A stretch of DNA of 64,000 bases from a virus, in IMG/VR virus record IMGVR_UViG_3300014501_000016, positions 2,892 to 66,891 of that record. One strand, 5' to 3'. Both the position numbers and the translations under genes were made by a program. A model generated the notes under the pieces. The model had not been told where the DNA came from. It ran no database searches and worked only from the letters and a program-made list of their open reading frames with translations. This document shows positions 18,893 through 27,949 of this stretch, piece after piece; within the stretch, counting starts at the first letter, position 1, and every line of letters starts with the position of its first letter.

Positions 18893-19102
18893 ATGAACAC
18901 CAGGGATACAGTCAAGGCGCTGAGGACCGTAGCCCTGGTGCTCGAACAGGAGCATGAGTTGATGGACGACTTTCATGCATACGCGCACGAGTTCGGCGGC
19001 TCTGTTGGCTGCAACGTGTTCGAATTAGCGCTCCGTCACGCGTTGTCGAAGCAGGGCCTGACGCTTGAGGAGTTTCGCCGCAAACGGGGAAGCACACCAT
19101 GA
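18893..19102 (+). CDS. Hypothetical protein
   Basis: AGGAG RBS; coupled to next ORF. Confidence 0.5.
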   Translation: MNTRDTVKALRTVALVLEQEHELMDDFHAYAHEFGGSVGCNVFELALRHALSKQGLTLEEFRRKRGSTP

Positions 19103-19356
19103 TCATTTCGATACTTCTCGCGGCGGCACTCACGCAAACACAGCAACAGAAGCACGACGCCATCGAACTCGCGCTGTTCACCCGCATGCAGGCTGACGAA
19201 AACAAGGTTGCGGAAATTTGGCGACCGAGCCCGAAGCTACTTTCGGATTATCGCGCGGCCAGGCGCTGTTACGTGCAATTTCACCTGTACAGGGTCGAGG
19301 GATGCACGGGAGAGTTTGACCGCGTCGACCAGGACCTGAACCGGGCGAAGGAGTAG
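19099..19356 (+). CDS. Hypothetical exported protein
   Basis: Short hydrophobic N-terminus MIISILLAAALT; one Cys pair. Confidence 0.5.
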   Translation: MIISILLAAALTQTQQQKHDAIELALFTRMQADENKVAEIWRPSPKLLSDYRAARRCYVQFHLYRVEGCTGEFDRVDQDLNRAKE

Positions 19357-19358
19357 CC

Positions 19359-19727
19359 ATGGATGCGAAAGAGGGAACCTACAGGGGAACGCTAAGCAAC
19401 GCGATCAAGCCGCAAAACTCGCAGGCAATAAAGAAGCTGATCGAAATCGGGATCCTTCCACCGGACTGCACACGCTTCGAACTCATCATCGATGCGAAAG
19501 ACGTGATCCGGGCAAAGTGCGAGTTTTTCGTAAGCGAAGAGATTCTGCGCGAGATGGCGGGCGTCTTTGAGCATCACCCTGAAGAGGCGCGGCAAATTGC
19601 CAAGACCGCGATTGTCACGGCGCGCACCGATTATTGTGTCGGCAAAGCGGAGACCAATAACATTCCGCGACTGATTTTCGATGACCTGTTCGATGAAAAC
19701 GATCCCAGGTTCGAACCGAAGCGATGA
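19359..19727 (+). CDS. Hypothetical protein
   Basis: AAGGAG RBS; stop overlaps tail terminator ATG. Confidence 0.55.
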   Translation: MDAKEGTYRGTLSNAIKPQNSQAIKKLIEIGILPPDCTRFELIIDAKDVIRAKCEFFVSEEILREMAGVFEHHPEEARQIAKTAIVTARTDYCVGKAETNNIPRLIFDDLFDENDPRFEPKR

Positions 19728-20116
19728 TTGAAGCCGGCCTTTACACGTTGCTGAGCACGGCCAGTCCAATCGTCGCCATATGCAGCACGCGAATATACCC
19801 GGATGTGCGCCCGACCAGTCCCGTCTACCCATTGATGGAATTCAAGGAAATCGGCGGCATCGCACGGCCGACATTCAACACTTCGGGCATGCAGCGAGAC
19901 CGATTCCAATTCGATTGCTTCGGCCAGCGGAAGAGTGATGCGGCTGCATTGCGGGATGCTCTGAGGCAGACACTGAACGGCTACCAGGGGTTGTTGAGTG
20001 ACGGCACCTTCCTGCAGAACGCGTGGTTGATCAACAAGGGTTCGTCTTACAGTGACGATCCGAGAATCTACTGCGCGACATACGAATTCTATTTGCTCTA
20101 CAACTTCACGAACTAA
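19724..20116 (+). CDS. Tail terminator/completion protein (DUF3168-like)
   Basis: MIEAGLYTLL...TRIYP...P...RFQFDCF...LRDALRQTL; position before tail tube. Confidence 0.85.
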   Translation: MIEAGLYTLLSTASPIVAICSTRIYPDVRPTSPVYPLMEFKEIGGIARPTFNTSGMQRDRFQFDCFGQRKSDAAALRDALRQTLNGYQGLLSDGTFLQNAWLINKGSSYSDDPRIYCATYEFYLLYNFTN

Positions 20117-20131
20117 TCCACAGGAGAAGAC

Positions 20132-20572
20132 ATGACCTACACCGGTTCACTCGCAATTGCGGGGCGCGGAAGTGTGCTTTCGGTCGGGGGAACGCCCACG
20201 GTCGTAGGCGAAGTAAAAACCAGCGGTATCAGCGGCAATAGTTGGGGGACTGCCGACGTCACGAACTTCCAGTCGGGCCCGGATCGCGAATTTATCGTCA
20301 CGGTACGCGATAACGGACAACTCAAGCTGGCCGGCAACCGTGTAAGCGCAGATGCTGGCCAAGTGATCGTTGAGGCGTCTTACCAGTCCGGCGCCATCAC
20401 AGCATTCACCCTGCAGCTTCCCAAGGCGGCATCCCAGACCACGAACGGCGATAAGTATGCGTTCAATGCGCTGGTTGAATCGCGGTCGTTTGATGTGGAC
20501 GTGACCAAGGAGATTTCTTGGAACGTCTCGCTGAAGATCTCAGGCGCAGTGACATTTACGGTCGGGACCTAG
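20132..20572 (+). CDS. Major tail tube protein
   Basis: VGEVK.SG.....DVTNF.S..REFI...RDNG...GQ...F.ALV...LKISG, lambda gpV-like tube pattern. Confidence 0.85.
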   Translation: MTYTGSLAIAGRGSVLSVGGTPTVVGEVKTSGISGNSWGTADVTNFQSGPDREFIVTVRDNGQLKLAGNRVSADAGQVIVEASYQSGAITAFTLQLPKAASQTTNGDKYAFNALVESRSFDVDVTKEISWNVSLKISGAVTFTVGT

Positions 20573-20575
20573 GCG

Positions 20576-20950
20576 ATGGCGCGCAAACCGACGCACGAAT
20601 CAGCGCCCGACCCGATGCTGCCGAAGACTCCGGTGGAGATCAATGGCAAGGTCTATAACTTGTGCTTCGACTATGAAGCCATCCGCACGGCAGAGAATGC
20701 CTATCACGCAGAGGGCCACACTGCGAACTTACTCCTGTCCTTCAGTGATTTCAGCTTTAACGGGGTCAGCATGGTGCTGCCATGCGTCCTGCGTCCATTT
20801 CACCCTGAAATTGGATGGGACGAGGCCCAGGCGATGATCAACCTTGGCAACGTCATTTTGATAGGCAACGCGATCAAGAACGCCTGGGTTGAAGCAATGC
20901 CTAAGAAGCCGGAGGGCGAGCCGAAAGACCCAAACCCCCCGCAACCCTGA
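20576..20950 (+). CDS. Tail assembly chaperone (gpG-like)
   Basis: VEINGKVYNLCFDYEAI; follows tail tube; slippery site near 3' end. Confidence 0.8.
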   Translation: MARKPTHESAPDPMLPKTPVEINGKVYNLCFDYEAIRTAENAYHAEGHTANLLLSFSDFSFNGVSMVLPCVLRPFHPEIGWDEAQAMINLGNVILIGNAIKNAWVEAMPKKPEGEPKDPNPPQP

Positions 20951-21294
20951 GCCGGGAGGACAATTGGCTCAGTCTTTGGTCTGTGGCATGCCACGATCTA
21001 GGCCTTACTTCAAGGGAGTTTTGGGCTCTCACGCCGCGAATGATGGATGCCCTGCTCAAGCGGCTGGAGCGGGCCCGGCGAGACGTGGAAATTATGCCCG
21101 CCCAGATCGCTGCCTGCGTGGTGAACTTCTCGATGGGGCACCCGAAGAAACCAGTATCGCCGAAAGACTTCATGCCAAGTGAGTGGGCCAGAAACCCACC
21201 GGTCGAGAAGAAGCCTAAGCGCAGGAAGCGGCAACTGATCGCAACCGAGATTAGAGCGACGATGGACGCGTGGTTGAGGAATCAAAATGGCTAG
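20929..21294 (+). CDS. Tail assembly chaperone -1 frameshift extension (gpGT-like)
   Basis: C CCA AAC heptamer at 20929-20935; -1 frame is open into WLSLWSVACHDLGLTSREFWALTPR. Confidence 0.8.
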   Translation, partial: PKPPATLSREDNWLSLWSVACHDLGLTSREFWALTPRMMDALLKRLERARRDVEIMPAQIAACVVNFSMGHPKKPVSPKDFMPSEWARNPPVEKKPKRRKRQLIATEIRATMDAWLRNQNG

Positions 21295-21454
21295 ATACGT
21301 CATCACGCTGTGGGACGATACCGAACTTAATTTCACGAACTGGGAGGCACGTGTCGAGCACGGCATGTTCATTATCGAAGACGCCCATGCCAGCTATGTC
21401 ATCCCCCTGAGCAGCATCAGGTTGATGCAGGAAATTGCGGCCGACAATGAGTGA
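21287..21454 (+). CDS. Small hypothetical protein (55 aa, not in ORF track)
   Basis: MARYVITLWDDTELNFTNWEARVEHGMFIIEDAHASYVIPLSSIRLMQEIAADNE; GAGGA RBS; overlaps both neighbours. Confidence 0.55.
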   Translation: MARYVITLWDDTELNFTNWEARVEHGMFIIEDAHASYVIPLSSIRLMQEIAADNE

Positions 21455-21914
21455 CGATATCGGCCTTACGTTTGAGGGGCTGCCTCAATTTGACGCCGCG
21501 ATGCAGGAGCTTGCCGGACCCGGTTTTGATCGTGCCTCGCGCAAAGCCTTGCGGGCTGGGGGCAGGATCATACAGGAGGCAATTACTGAAGCCGCTCCGG
21601 TGCGGACGCCTTTACCCAGCGGTGATGCGCTCCCGCCAGGTGCACTGAAAAGCGATATCGAACTCCATGTCGCCAAGGAGGGAGACGGCTCCTTCGCGGC
21701 CTATATAGAGCCTGGAAAATATACCATCCGGGTGGCGCGCTGGGTGGAGGAAGGTCACGCAGAAAAACGCGGCAAGAAAGTGACTGGCCGTGTAGAGGCG
21801 CACCCGTTCTTCCGGCGCGCATTCGAATCCTCTGTAGACCAAGCCGAGGCTACTGCGCTCGAAACCTTTAACGAAAAGATCGCAGAAGAAGCAGCAAAAG
21901 TGGGGTTGGGCTAA
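21447..21914 (+). CDS. HK97 gp10-like tail component
   Basis: EGLPQFDAAMQEL...RKALRAGG...AP...GALKSDI...WVEEGH...AHPFFRRAF. Confidence 0.85.
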   Translation: MSDDIGLTFEGLPQFDAAMQELAGPGFDRASRKALRAGGRIIQEAITEAAPVRTPLPSGDALPPGALKSDIELHVAKEGDGSFAAYIEPGKYTIRVARWVEEGHAEKRGKKVTGRVEAHPFFRRAFESSVDQAEATALETFNEKIAEEAAKVGLG

Positions 21915-24344
21915 ATGGCAGCAGGCAGCAGCGTAACCGCAAGGCTGGGGTGGGACGGAACCGCATTCAGTGCAGGGATAACAAAGTCTCGCGCGGAGAT
22001 GAAGGCCCTGGCCGGCGACAGCAAGGAGACTGGCCGCGAAATGCACGAGGCCATGACGCGCGGCCGTGAATCCGTAGCACTGCTATCGAACGAGATTGGA
22101 CTTCATCTCGACCGCGAGTTGCGCAACTTTCTCGCCGGGATGCCAGCCGTCACGAAGGCTCTCGCTGGCGCGTTTGACATCGCCGCGGTGATCGGAATCG
22201 GTTTCGCGCTCGCCGAATCAGCCAAGCGCGTGGCTGAGTTCATCAAGGAGGCAAAGGAGATGCCGCGGGTTATCGCCGAAGGTTTTGAATCCCTAAACCT
22301 GTCGGCACAGGCGGCGAACGATGAACTCGACGTCACAAATGACAAGATTGAAAGGCAGATTGCCAAGCTGGAGCACAAGCCAGAGACTAACGGTGCGAAG
22401 CTCGCTTTGGACGAAGCCAAGGTAGCGGCCGATCAATTCGCTAAATCCGTGGAAACGGCTGCCAACGCCATGGAAAGGCTGCTTAAAGAAAACCAGATCT
22501 CGATAGTGCAGGGATTTTTCACGGATACGGCCCCCACCAAAGAACTCGCTGGCACCATCAAGCCTTTTGAGGACGACAAGAAGCATTTGGCCACCCAGGC
22601 GGCAATCGCGAAGAGTCTCGGCGACGAAAAAGCATACGCCTTGAACATGAAAGATTTTCATGATAAAGAGGAGTCTGAACTAGAGAAAATGTTGGCCGTT
22701 TTTCATGATGCTCAAGCGAAGCAATTGGAAATGGTCGGCGTAAACAAGGTCAACCAGGAGCAGACCCCTATCATGACGACGGCGCAGAGCGTCATTGATT
22801 CAATCCAGCTTTCGCGTGCGCACGAGCAGTCGCTGAAGACGAACACTGTGGATAAGGGCAAGCTCGCCGACGCCGAAAAGGCCGCTCAGGTGAGGGAAGA
22901 GGCAAAGAGGCTCGCCGCGGCCATGAAAGCAGCCCAGGAGGCGATTGTCCAGCAGTGGCGCGAGAGTCTCGACCAAGACAAGGCCAATAGCGAAGTCAGT
23001 CTCGCGCAGGAAGCTGCATATTGGCAATTTCGAGCGGAAACGGCGAAGACTGGGTCGCTAAGCTACACGAAAGCCCTGGATGAGGCCAATAAGGTCATCG
23101 CTCACATCAATGCCCAGACCATGCAGGGGCGTAAGGAGTTGGGGAAAAAGAATGATGAGTTCGACAAGATAGCTGCGGAATCATACAAGCCAGACACCAT
23201 GGATCTCAGCCGGGGCGATACTGGCCGGGAGGAAAATCAAGCCCGCCAGGATGCCGAATACGTCCGGTCGCTCAACGAGCAGATTGCGGCCCAGCGCCAG
23301 GCCGCCACGGCAGTGGCAGAACAGTCGCTGGAGATGGCCCTCGCCGCCGGGCAGATGTCCAAGCTCGACGCCGCGCAAGTGTTGGCTACCATGCACACCC
23401 AGGACTTCGAGCAGGCCCAGGAGCGGCTGCGTGCTGCACTGGCGGCGGCCGCGTTGGTTCCGGGCGAAGCTGGCCGCACCCAGCTCGCAGGGCTCAACGC
23501 TCAGGCTGCACAGATGCAGGGGCAGCGCCAGATGCAGATCGCGTCGGACCAACAGGCGGTATCCAGCCAACAGCTTGGTCCCGCCATGCAACAGACGCTC
23601 GGCATTATCGCCAACGAGTGGAGCTCGATGACGAAGTCCATAATCGAGGTCACCACCCGGGCGATGGATTCCTTTAACGAGGACATCACCAAGATGGCTA
23701 CCGGCCAGGGAAAGAGGTCTGATTTTGGGCATACCTTGCTAGGGGCCGGACAGGGCCTGTTTCAAACCGCATTGAAGTCATTCGAAGGCAACGCTCTTAA
23801 GGCGTTCGGCCTGGGAGGCACCAAGAAGGCTGACGGATCGAAGGACAGCCCGTTTTACACCATAGATACCAGCAGCGGACCGGGCGCGGGCGGAGGCGGT
23901 CTTGCCGCGCAGGCCTCAAGCTTATTTCGCCCTTTTATCGGTGGCCAGCAACAAGGCCAGGGCGGCGGGGGTGGGATCGGAGGATTCTTCAAAACCCTGA
24001 TGGGCGCCAGCGGCATGCTCAAGCTGCCGGGTAACATCGGAACGGATTCCTTCGGGATGCCAGCCGGATTCCAGGGCGGGTTCAGCGGTGGTGGCGACAT
24101 TATGGGCGGCCACCCGGCGCTCGTGGGTGAGAACGGGCCAGAACTATTCACCCCGCGTTCTGCTGGGACCGTGAGCCCTAACGGCAGCTTTGGCGGCACA
24201 TCGCACACTTACATGATCGACGCCCGCGGCTCAAATGACCCGGCAGCGATACATGCTGCGGTCGCCAGGGCCCTACCTCATGCCGTGGCGGCCAGCATCC
24301 AGGCGAATCACGCGGCAAAGGCGCGGAGCCCGCACGGAAGGTAA
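21915..24344 (+). CDS. Tape measure protein
   Basis: 809 aa Ala/Glu/Lys-rich helical protein; C-terminal F..GG....LVGENGPELF.P...G.V motif. Confidence 0.9.
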   Translation: MAAGSSVTARLGWDGTAFSAGITKSRAEMKALAGDSKETGREMHEAMTRGRESVALLSNEIGLHLDRELRNFLAGMPAVTKALAGAFDIAAVIGIGFALAESAKRVAEFIKEAKEMPRVIAEGFESLNLSAQAANDELDVTNDKIERQIAKLEHKPETNGAKLALDEAKVAADQFAKSVETAANAMERLLKENQISIVQGFFTDTAPTKELAGTIKPFEDDKKHLATQAAIAKSLGDEKAYALNMKDFHDKEESELEKMLAVFHDAQAKQLEMVGVNKVNQEQTPIMTTAQSVIDSIQLSRAHEQSLKTNTVDKGKLADAEKAAQVREEAKRLAAAMKAAQEAIVQQWRESLDQDKANSEVSLAQEAAYWQFRAETAKTGSLSYTKALDEANKVIAHINAQTMQGRKELGKKNDEFDKIAAESYKPDTMDLSRGDTGREENQARQDAEYVRSLNEQIAAQRQAATAVAEQSLEMALAAGQMSKLDAAQVLATMHTQDFEQAQERLRAALAAAALVPGEAGRTQLAGLNAQAAQMQGQRQMQIASDQQAVSSQQLGPAMQQTLGIIANEWSSMTKSIIEVTTRAMDSFNEDITKMATGQGKRSDFGHTLLGAGQGLFQTALKSFEGNALKAFGLGGTKKADGSKDSPFYTIDTSSGPGAGGGGLAAQASSLFRPFIGGQQQGQGGGGGIGGFFKTLMGASGMLKLPGNIGTDSFGMPAGFQGGFSGGGDIMGGHPALVGENGPELFTPRSAGTVSPNGSFGGTSHTYMIDARGSNDPAAIHAAVARALPHAVAASIQANHAAKARSPHGR

Positions 24345-24401
24345 CAGGTTACCAAAGAAATCCAGGTAACCATGGGGAACCGAGCGTATGCTCTCGACAC
24401 C

Positions 24402-24848
24402 ATGAAGATCGCAGTAATTGCACTGTTTCTCCTTGTCTTTCCTCTTGCGTCGCTTGCCAAACGGACAGCGACGTCCTCTGAGCCTGTCACCGTTTTTGTG
24501 GATGCGAAAGACGATTTCAGCGGTTTTATAGTGGCGGCACTTCAAAAGAAGCAGACGCCCGCATCCGTGGTCACGGATCGCACCAAGGCAGAGTATGTTT
24601 TGCAGTCCACGGACGTGAGCACACATGTGGAATCGACCGGAGGCAAGATAGCGCGGTGCCTGTTTGCATCTTGCGCGGGGATTCAGGACACTTCGACGGT
24701 ATCTGTCGAGTTGATAAACGTCAAAACGACGGCTATCGACTGGTCATACACGGTCCACAAACAGCGGGGCGGCGGGTACAACCAGCAGTCGATGGCCGAG
24801 GCGATTGCGAAACATCTAAAGAATCACCTTGAAGGCAAGGGCAACTAA
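24402..24848 (+). CDS. Exported/periplasmic moron protein
   Basis: Signal peptide MKIAVIALFLLVFPLASLA; TATGCT just upstream. Confidence 0.65.
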   Translation: MKIAVIALFLLVFPLASLAKRTATSSEPVTVFVDAKDDFSGFIVAALQKKQTPASVVTDRTKAEYVLQSTDVSTHVESTGGKIARCLFASCAGIQDTSTVSVELINVKTTAIDWSYTVHKQRGGGYNQQSMAEAIAKHLKNHLEGKGN

Positions 24849-24852
24849 GTCT

Positions 24853-25290
24853 ATGCCGCTGCTCTCCAGGACTAAATGGGCTTTGGCTAGCATTGCGCTT
24901 TTGGGTACTCTCGGGGTGGCTGCCGCTAACCTCGTCGTCAACCTTCGGGCCGAGCGAATCCTCGCTGCGAACGCGCGGCAAGCTGCGCAGGACAAGACCG
25001 CAGCCGAGCAGGCCGCGGCGAAACAGTTTATCCAGCAACAGGAAGCCGACAATGAACGCATGGCGGCGGCAACGGTGGCACTTGACGCCCAGAACAAAGA
25101 GACGGAGCGCGAGACCAAGCAACTGGAGCGCGATAACAGGCAGGCCGAGCAGCAGACCAAGCAGATCCAGCTAGAAACCTGGGGGCCGGACGGACCGCCG
25201 AAAGGTGTAAACACTAAAGCATGTAAAGCGTGGACCGCGCGGGCGGCTGCTGGTCATATTTCAGATCCTCCGCCGCCAGACTGCACTTAG
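24853..25290 (+). CDS. Membrane-anchored coiled-coil protein
   Basis: WALASIALLGTLGVAAANLVV TM, Gln/Ala-rich coiled coil, C-terminal Cys pair. Confidence 0.6.
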   Translation: MPLLSRTKWALASIALLGTLGVAAANLVVNLRAERILAANARQAAQDKTAAEQAAAKQFIQQQEADNERMAAATVALDAQNKETERETKQLERDNRQAEQQTKQIQLETWGPDGPPKGVNTKACKAWTARAAAGHISDPPPPDCT

Positions 25291-25314
25291 ACAATCGCGA
25301 ATCTCGCACCACAC

Positions 25315-25342
25315 AGGGTCACCTTTCGCGGGTGGCCTTTTT
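25315..25342 (+). terminator. Intrinsic terminator
   Basis: GGTCACC-TTTCGCG-GGTGGCC followed by TTTTT. Confidence 0.65.
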
Positions 25343-25377
25343 CATTGGAGGGAACAGGATGGCAGACGTGAAGGAAG

Positions 25378-25629
25378 CTACTGAAGTTTTGTGCCAGGAG
25401 GAGTCTGAAGACCCAGGTCGCCCGCTCTCTTCAGCTTCTCTGCAAGTTCTAGAGCAATGTGAGGTTTTAGTAACAATTGAACCCGCTGAGGCGGCGCGTT
25501 GGTTGCGAGTGAAAGTACGTCCGGAAGATATTCTATGGACAGAAGGACGTCGGTTCCGGCCAGAAGAGATAGCTCGTATCCGGTCAGTGGCTGAGTGATG
25601 ACGTTGCCATTCTTGTCTCTCAGGTCCAT
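25378..25629 (-). CDS. BssS-like small protein
   Basis: VITQPLTGYELS...VLLSIEY...VQLLLKPHIALELAEKL resembles the BssS/YceP pattern as recalled; GGAGG RBS; extended -10 TGcTACGAT upstream. Confidence 0.55.
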   Translation of the reverse strand: MDLRDKNGNVITQPLTGYELSLLAGTDVLLSIEYLPDVLSLATNAPPQRVQLLLKPHIALELAEKLKRAGDLGLQTPPGTKLQ

Positions 25630-25699
25630 GCGGTCCCTCCGGGGCAGCAATCGTAGCAGGTAGCGCCGAAGCCGATAACCGCTAAATAGTAACCATCGC

Positions 25700-25724
25700 A
25701 ACCGTCCAGAACCGGGCGGTTTTT
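25700..25724 (+). terminator. Intrinsic terminator
   Basis: ACCGTCC-AGAACC-GGGCGGT followed by TTTT. Confidence 0.55.
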
Positions 25725-25743
25725 CATTGCGCGAAAGGAATTC

Positions 25744-25890
25744 ATGCACCTAAGTCACGTCGGCGTCCCATTCATCCTGCATGTGCTCGCGTTGATCTGT
25801 TTCGTGATCGCGACCTTTAACCTTCCCAAGGTGAAAATAAATCTGATCGCGGCCGGGCTAGCATTTTGGGTGCTGACGTTCCTCATCTGA
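25744..25890 (+). CDS. Small two-TM membrane protein (48 aa, not in ORF track)
   Basis: MHLSHVGVPFILHVLALICFVIATFNLPKVKINLIAAGLAFWVLTFLI; AAAGGA RBS. Confidence 0.65.
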   Translation: MHLSHVGVPFILHVLALICFVIATFNLPKVKINLIAAGLAFWVLTFLI

Positions 25891-25900
25891 GCTCATGGTT

Positions 25901-26101
25901 TCACCAGCGTATGGGAACTTCGGTGATTTCGAACTCGAGCGCTGGCTCGGAATCTAGATCGCGAGCGGCTTTTCGCTCTATTTCTTGCGCACCATATTCG
26001 CTTTTGGCGGCACCGACAACGACGGTCTTGTCTGGCATGTGTGCAGTGACGACGAATACCGTCTCGTCGCCCAGTCCGATGAATGGTCTATCTAAAGCCA
26101 T
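25901..26101 (-). CDS. Hypothetical moron protein
   Basis: 66 aa; TATACT and GGAG immediately upstream on minus strand. Confidence 0.55.
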   Translation of the reverse strand: MALDRPFIGLGDETVFVVTAHMPDKTVVVGAAKSEYGAQEIERKAARDLDSEPALEFEITEVPIRW

Positions 26102-26140
26102 GGCTCGACTCCAAGTATAAGTCGATTTCTACTCATCTCG

Positions 26141-26170
26141 AAGGACAGTCATCGCGACTGTCCTTTTCTG
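26141..26170 (+). terminator. Intrinsic terminator
   Basis: AAGGACAGTC-ATCGC-GACTGTCCTT followed by TTCT. Confidence 0.65.
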
Positions 26171-26187
26171 TTTGTCCGGGAGCGTGA

Positions 26188-26814
26188 ATGTCCATTATCG
26201 GCAGCGTAAATGGATTTCCACTCCTATCGGTGCCGTTGACACCCGGGCAGAGGCAGGTGGACTGGTCGATGTGCAATATTGTCGGCGCGGTCCCGAACAG
26301 CTTTACGGGTAGGCAGCAAATCTATAGCTGGCAAGCTGCCTACTGGGAGGCGGTGGTCACCATGCCGCCGATGCCCAGGACTACCGCTGAATCATGGATC
26401 GCATTCATGGCCCAGGCTCAGGGGATGAACGCGGTTTTTTACTTCGGCGATGGCTTGGGCGCGCAGCCACAAGGGTCGGCGCAGGGGCCCGGCGTAACGT
26501 CTGGATCTTTCCAGGCGCCTTTCCAGCTTGCGACCAAGGGCTGGACCCCTGGACAGTTCGCGCTTCTGTCTCCGGGCGACTGGATACAGATTGGCTGGCG
26601 TTTGTACAAAGTCCTCGACCAGATATCTAGCGATGGCGCGGGCAATGCATCCTTCGCAATCTGGCCGCAGATTCGGGAGATTCCACCAAACGGAACTGCG
26701 ATTGTGACAACAAACGCGCAGGGCCTGTTCTGCATGAAGTCGAACGTTTTGAAGTATTCCGTCAGCTATCTGCGTACGTACGGTCTAAGTTTTGAGATTC
26801 GCGAAGCCATATAG
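26188..26814 (+). CDS. Distal tail protein (Dit-like)
   Basis: SFTGRQQ...WEAVVTMPP...WIAF....G...LSPGDWIQIG..LYKV...IWPQIR; position after TMP. Confidence 0.75.
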   Translation: MSIIGSVNGFPLLSVPLTPGQRQVDWSMCNIVGAVPNSFTGRQQIYSWQAAYWEAVVTMPPMPRTTAESWIAFMAQAQGMNAVFYFGDGLGAQPQGSAQGPGVTSGSFQAPFQLATKGWTPGQFALLSPGDWIQIGWRLYKVLDQISSDGAGNASFAIWPQIREIPPNGTAIVTTNAQGLFCMKSNVLKYSVSYLRTYGLSFEIREAI

Positions 26815-26913
26815 GCTGTTCGTTTTCGGGCCCATGGGACGCGAGTGGTACGAGATCCAGCCCGGCCCGGTGGAAATTGAAATCTTGCGCAAGTGGTACA
26901 GGGATGAAGGCCT

Positions 26914-27372
26914 ATGCACAGCGGTGGTCAAGCGGTGAGCCATTTTGCGCGCAAGGTATTGGGCCCGAAGCCGCAGAACGGATTTTCGACCGGCGGCATA
27001 GTTGAGAATTCAGCTCCTTACATTGTCGGGGAGGATCCCTGCGGCTGCCACCTGGGGGGGGCGCGGCACTACCAGATCGATTCACGCGGAAGCAGCGACC
27101 CGAAAGCAGTGGAAGCTGCCGTCAAGAGGGCGATCCAGGCGAGCCACGCAAGCGCCGATCGAGTCCCGGAACCGGCACGCACCATCACACTTCCCCGTCT
27201 CTGGGTCTGGGTGCCATCCCGTTCAGCGGAAGACATCAAGGCCGGTCGCGCAGGATGGCTACCGGCTGCAATCGCGGGTACGGATTGGGATGCGCAACAG
27301 TGGCGGACACAGTACAAGGCTCGTCACATGTGCACCCTCTGGATAAAAGCGGGCCTCGGGAATGCCACGTAA
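26914..27372 (+). CDS. Hypothetical protein paralogous to the tape measure C-terminus
   Basis: GFSTGG...YIVGEDP...HYQIDSRGSSDPKAVEAAVKRAIQASHA aligns with TMP GFSGGG...LVGENGP...TYMIDARGSNDPAAIHAAVARA...IQANHA. Confidence 0.6.
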   Translation: MHSGGQAVSHFARKVLGPKPQNGFSTGGIVENSAPYIVGEDPCGCHLGGARHYQIDSRGSSDPKAVEAAVKRAIQASHASADRVPEPARTITLPRLWVWVPSRSAEDIKAGRAGWLPAAIAGTDWDAQQWRTQYKARHMCTLWIKAGLGNAT

Positions 27373-27949
27373 CGTCACCTCGAACTATCTGTTGGCGCTC
27401 CAGGAGGGCTACTTATACCCGTGCATCCTTCTCGAGATCTATTTCGCATCCGGCCCGATACGAATCTGCACCGCGTATCAAAGCCTGATCATGGACGGCC
27501 TGCTTTTCACGGCCGCGGGCTCGCTTCTGCAAGTGTCAACGATTGAGGACGGGTCAAGCGTTCAGGCAAGAGGTGTCAGCGTAACGCTTTCGGGTATCGA
27601 TCCGAACTTGATTCAGTCAACGATGAGCGAGTTTCAGGTGGGGCTATCCGCGACCATCTACTTGGGTCTGTTCGCCGGTGAAGGGCTGGACCTGGTCAAC
27701 AATCCGGTCGTCGCCTGGCAAGGGAGAACGGATCAGCCGACCATCACCGTGGACGAGAAGAGGGCCAGCATTCAAATGAATCTGGAATCGGTGCTTCTCG
27801 ACATGAACGTGCCGGTTCCGTATCGGTATACGAATCAGGATCAACAGTTGTTCTCGCCGGGGGACCTTGGATTTTCCTGGGTCAATTCCATCCAGTCAAT
27901 CCTCATCTACTGGGGCACGAACACGAACTCGAATCCAGGTAATCCATGA
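27362..27949 (+). CDS. Tail hub/minor tail protein (gpL/DUF2163-like)
   Basis: LLEIYF.SG...G.LLQVSTIED....A.GV.VTLSG...RYT..DQQ..PGDLGF; position between Dit and NlpC/P60. Confidence 0.75.
   Translation: MPRNVTSNYLLALQEGYLYPCILLEIYFASGPIRICTAYQSLIMDGLLFTAAGSLLQVSTIEDGSSVQARGVSVTLSGIDPNLIQSTMSEFQVGLSATIYLGLFAGEGLDLVNNPVVAWQGRTDQPTITVDEKRASIQMNLESVLLDMNVPVPYRYTNQDQQLFSPGDLGFSWVNSIQSILIYWGTNTNSNPGNP

Noticed and set aside
24339-24371. GGTAAC/GTTACC inverted repeats after TMP as an operator
   Set aside because: Short and not seen repeated elsewhere; insufficient support
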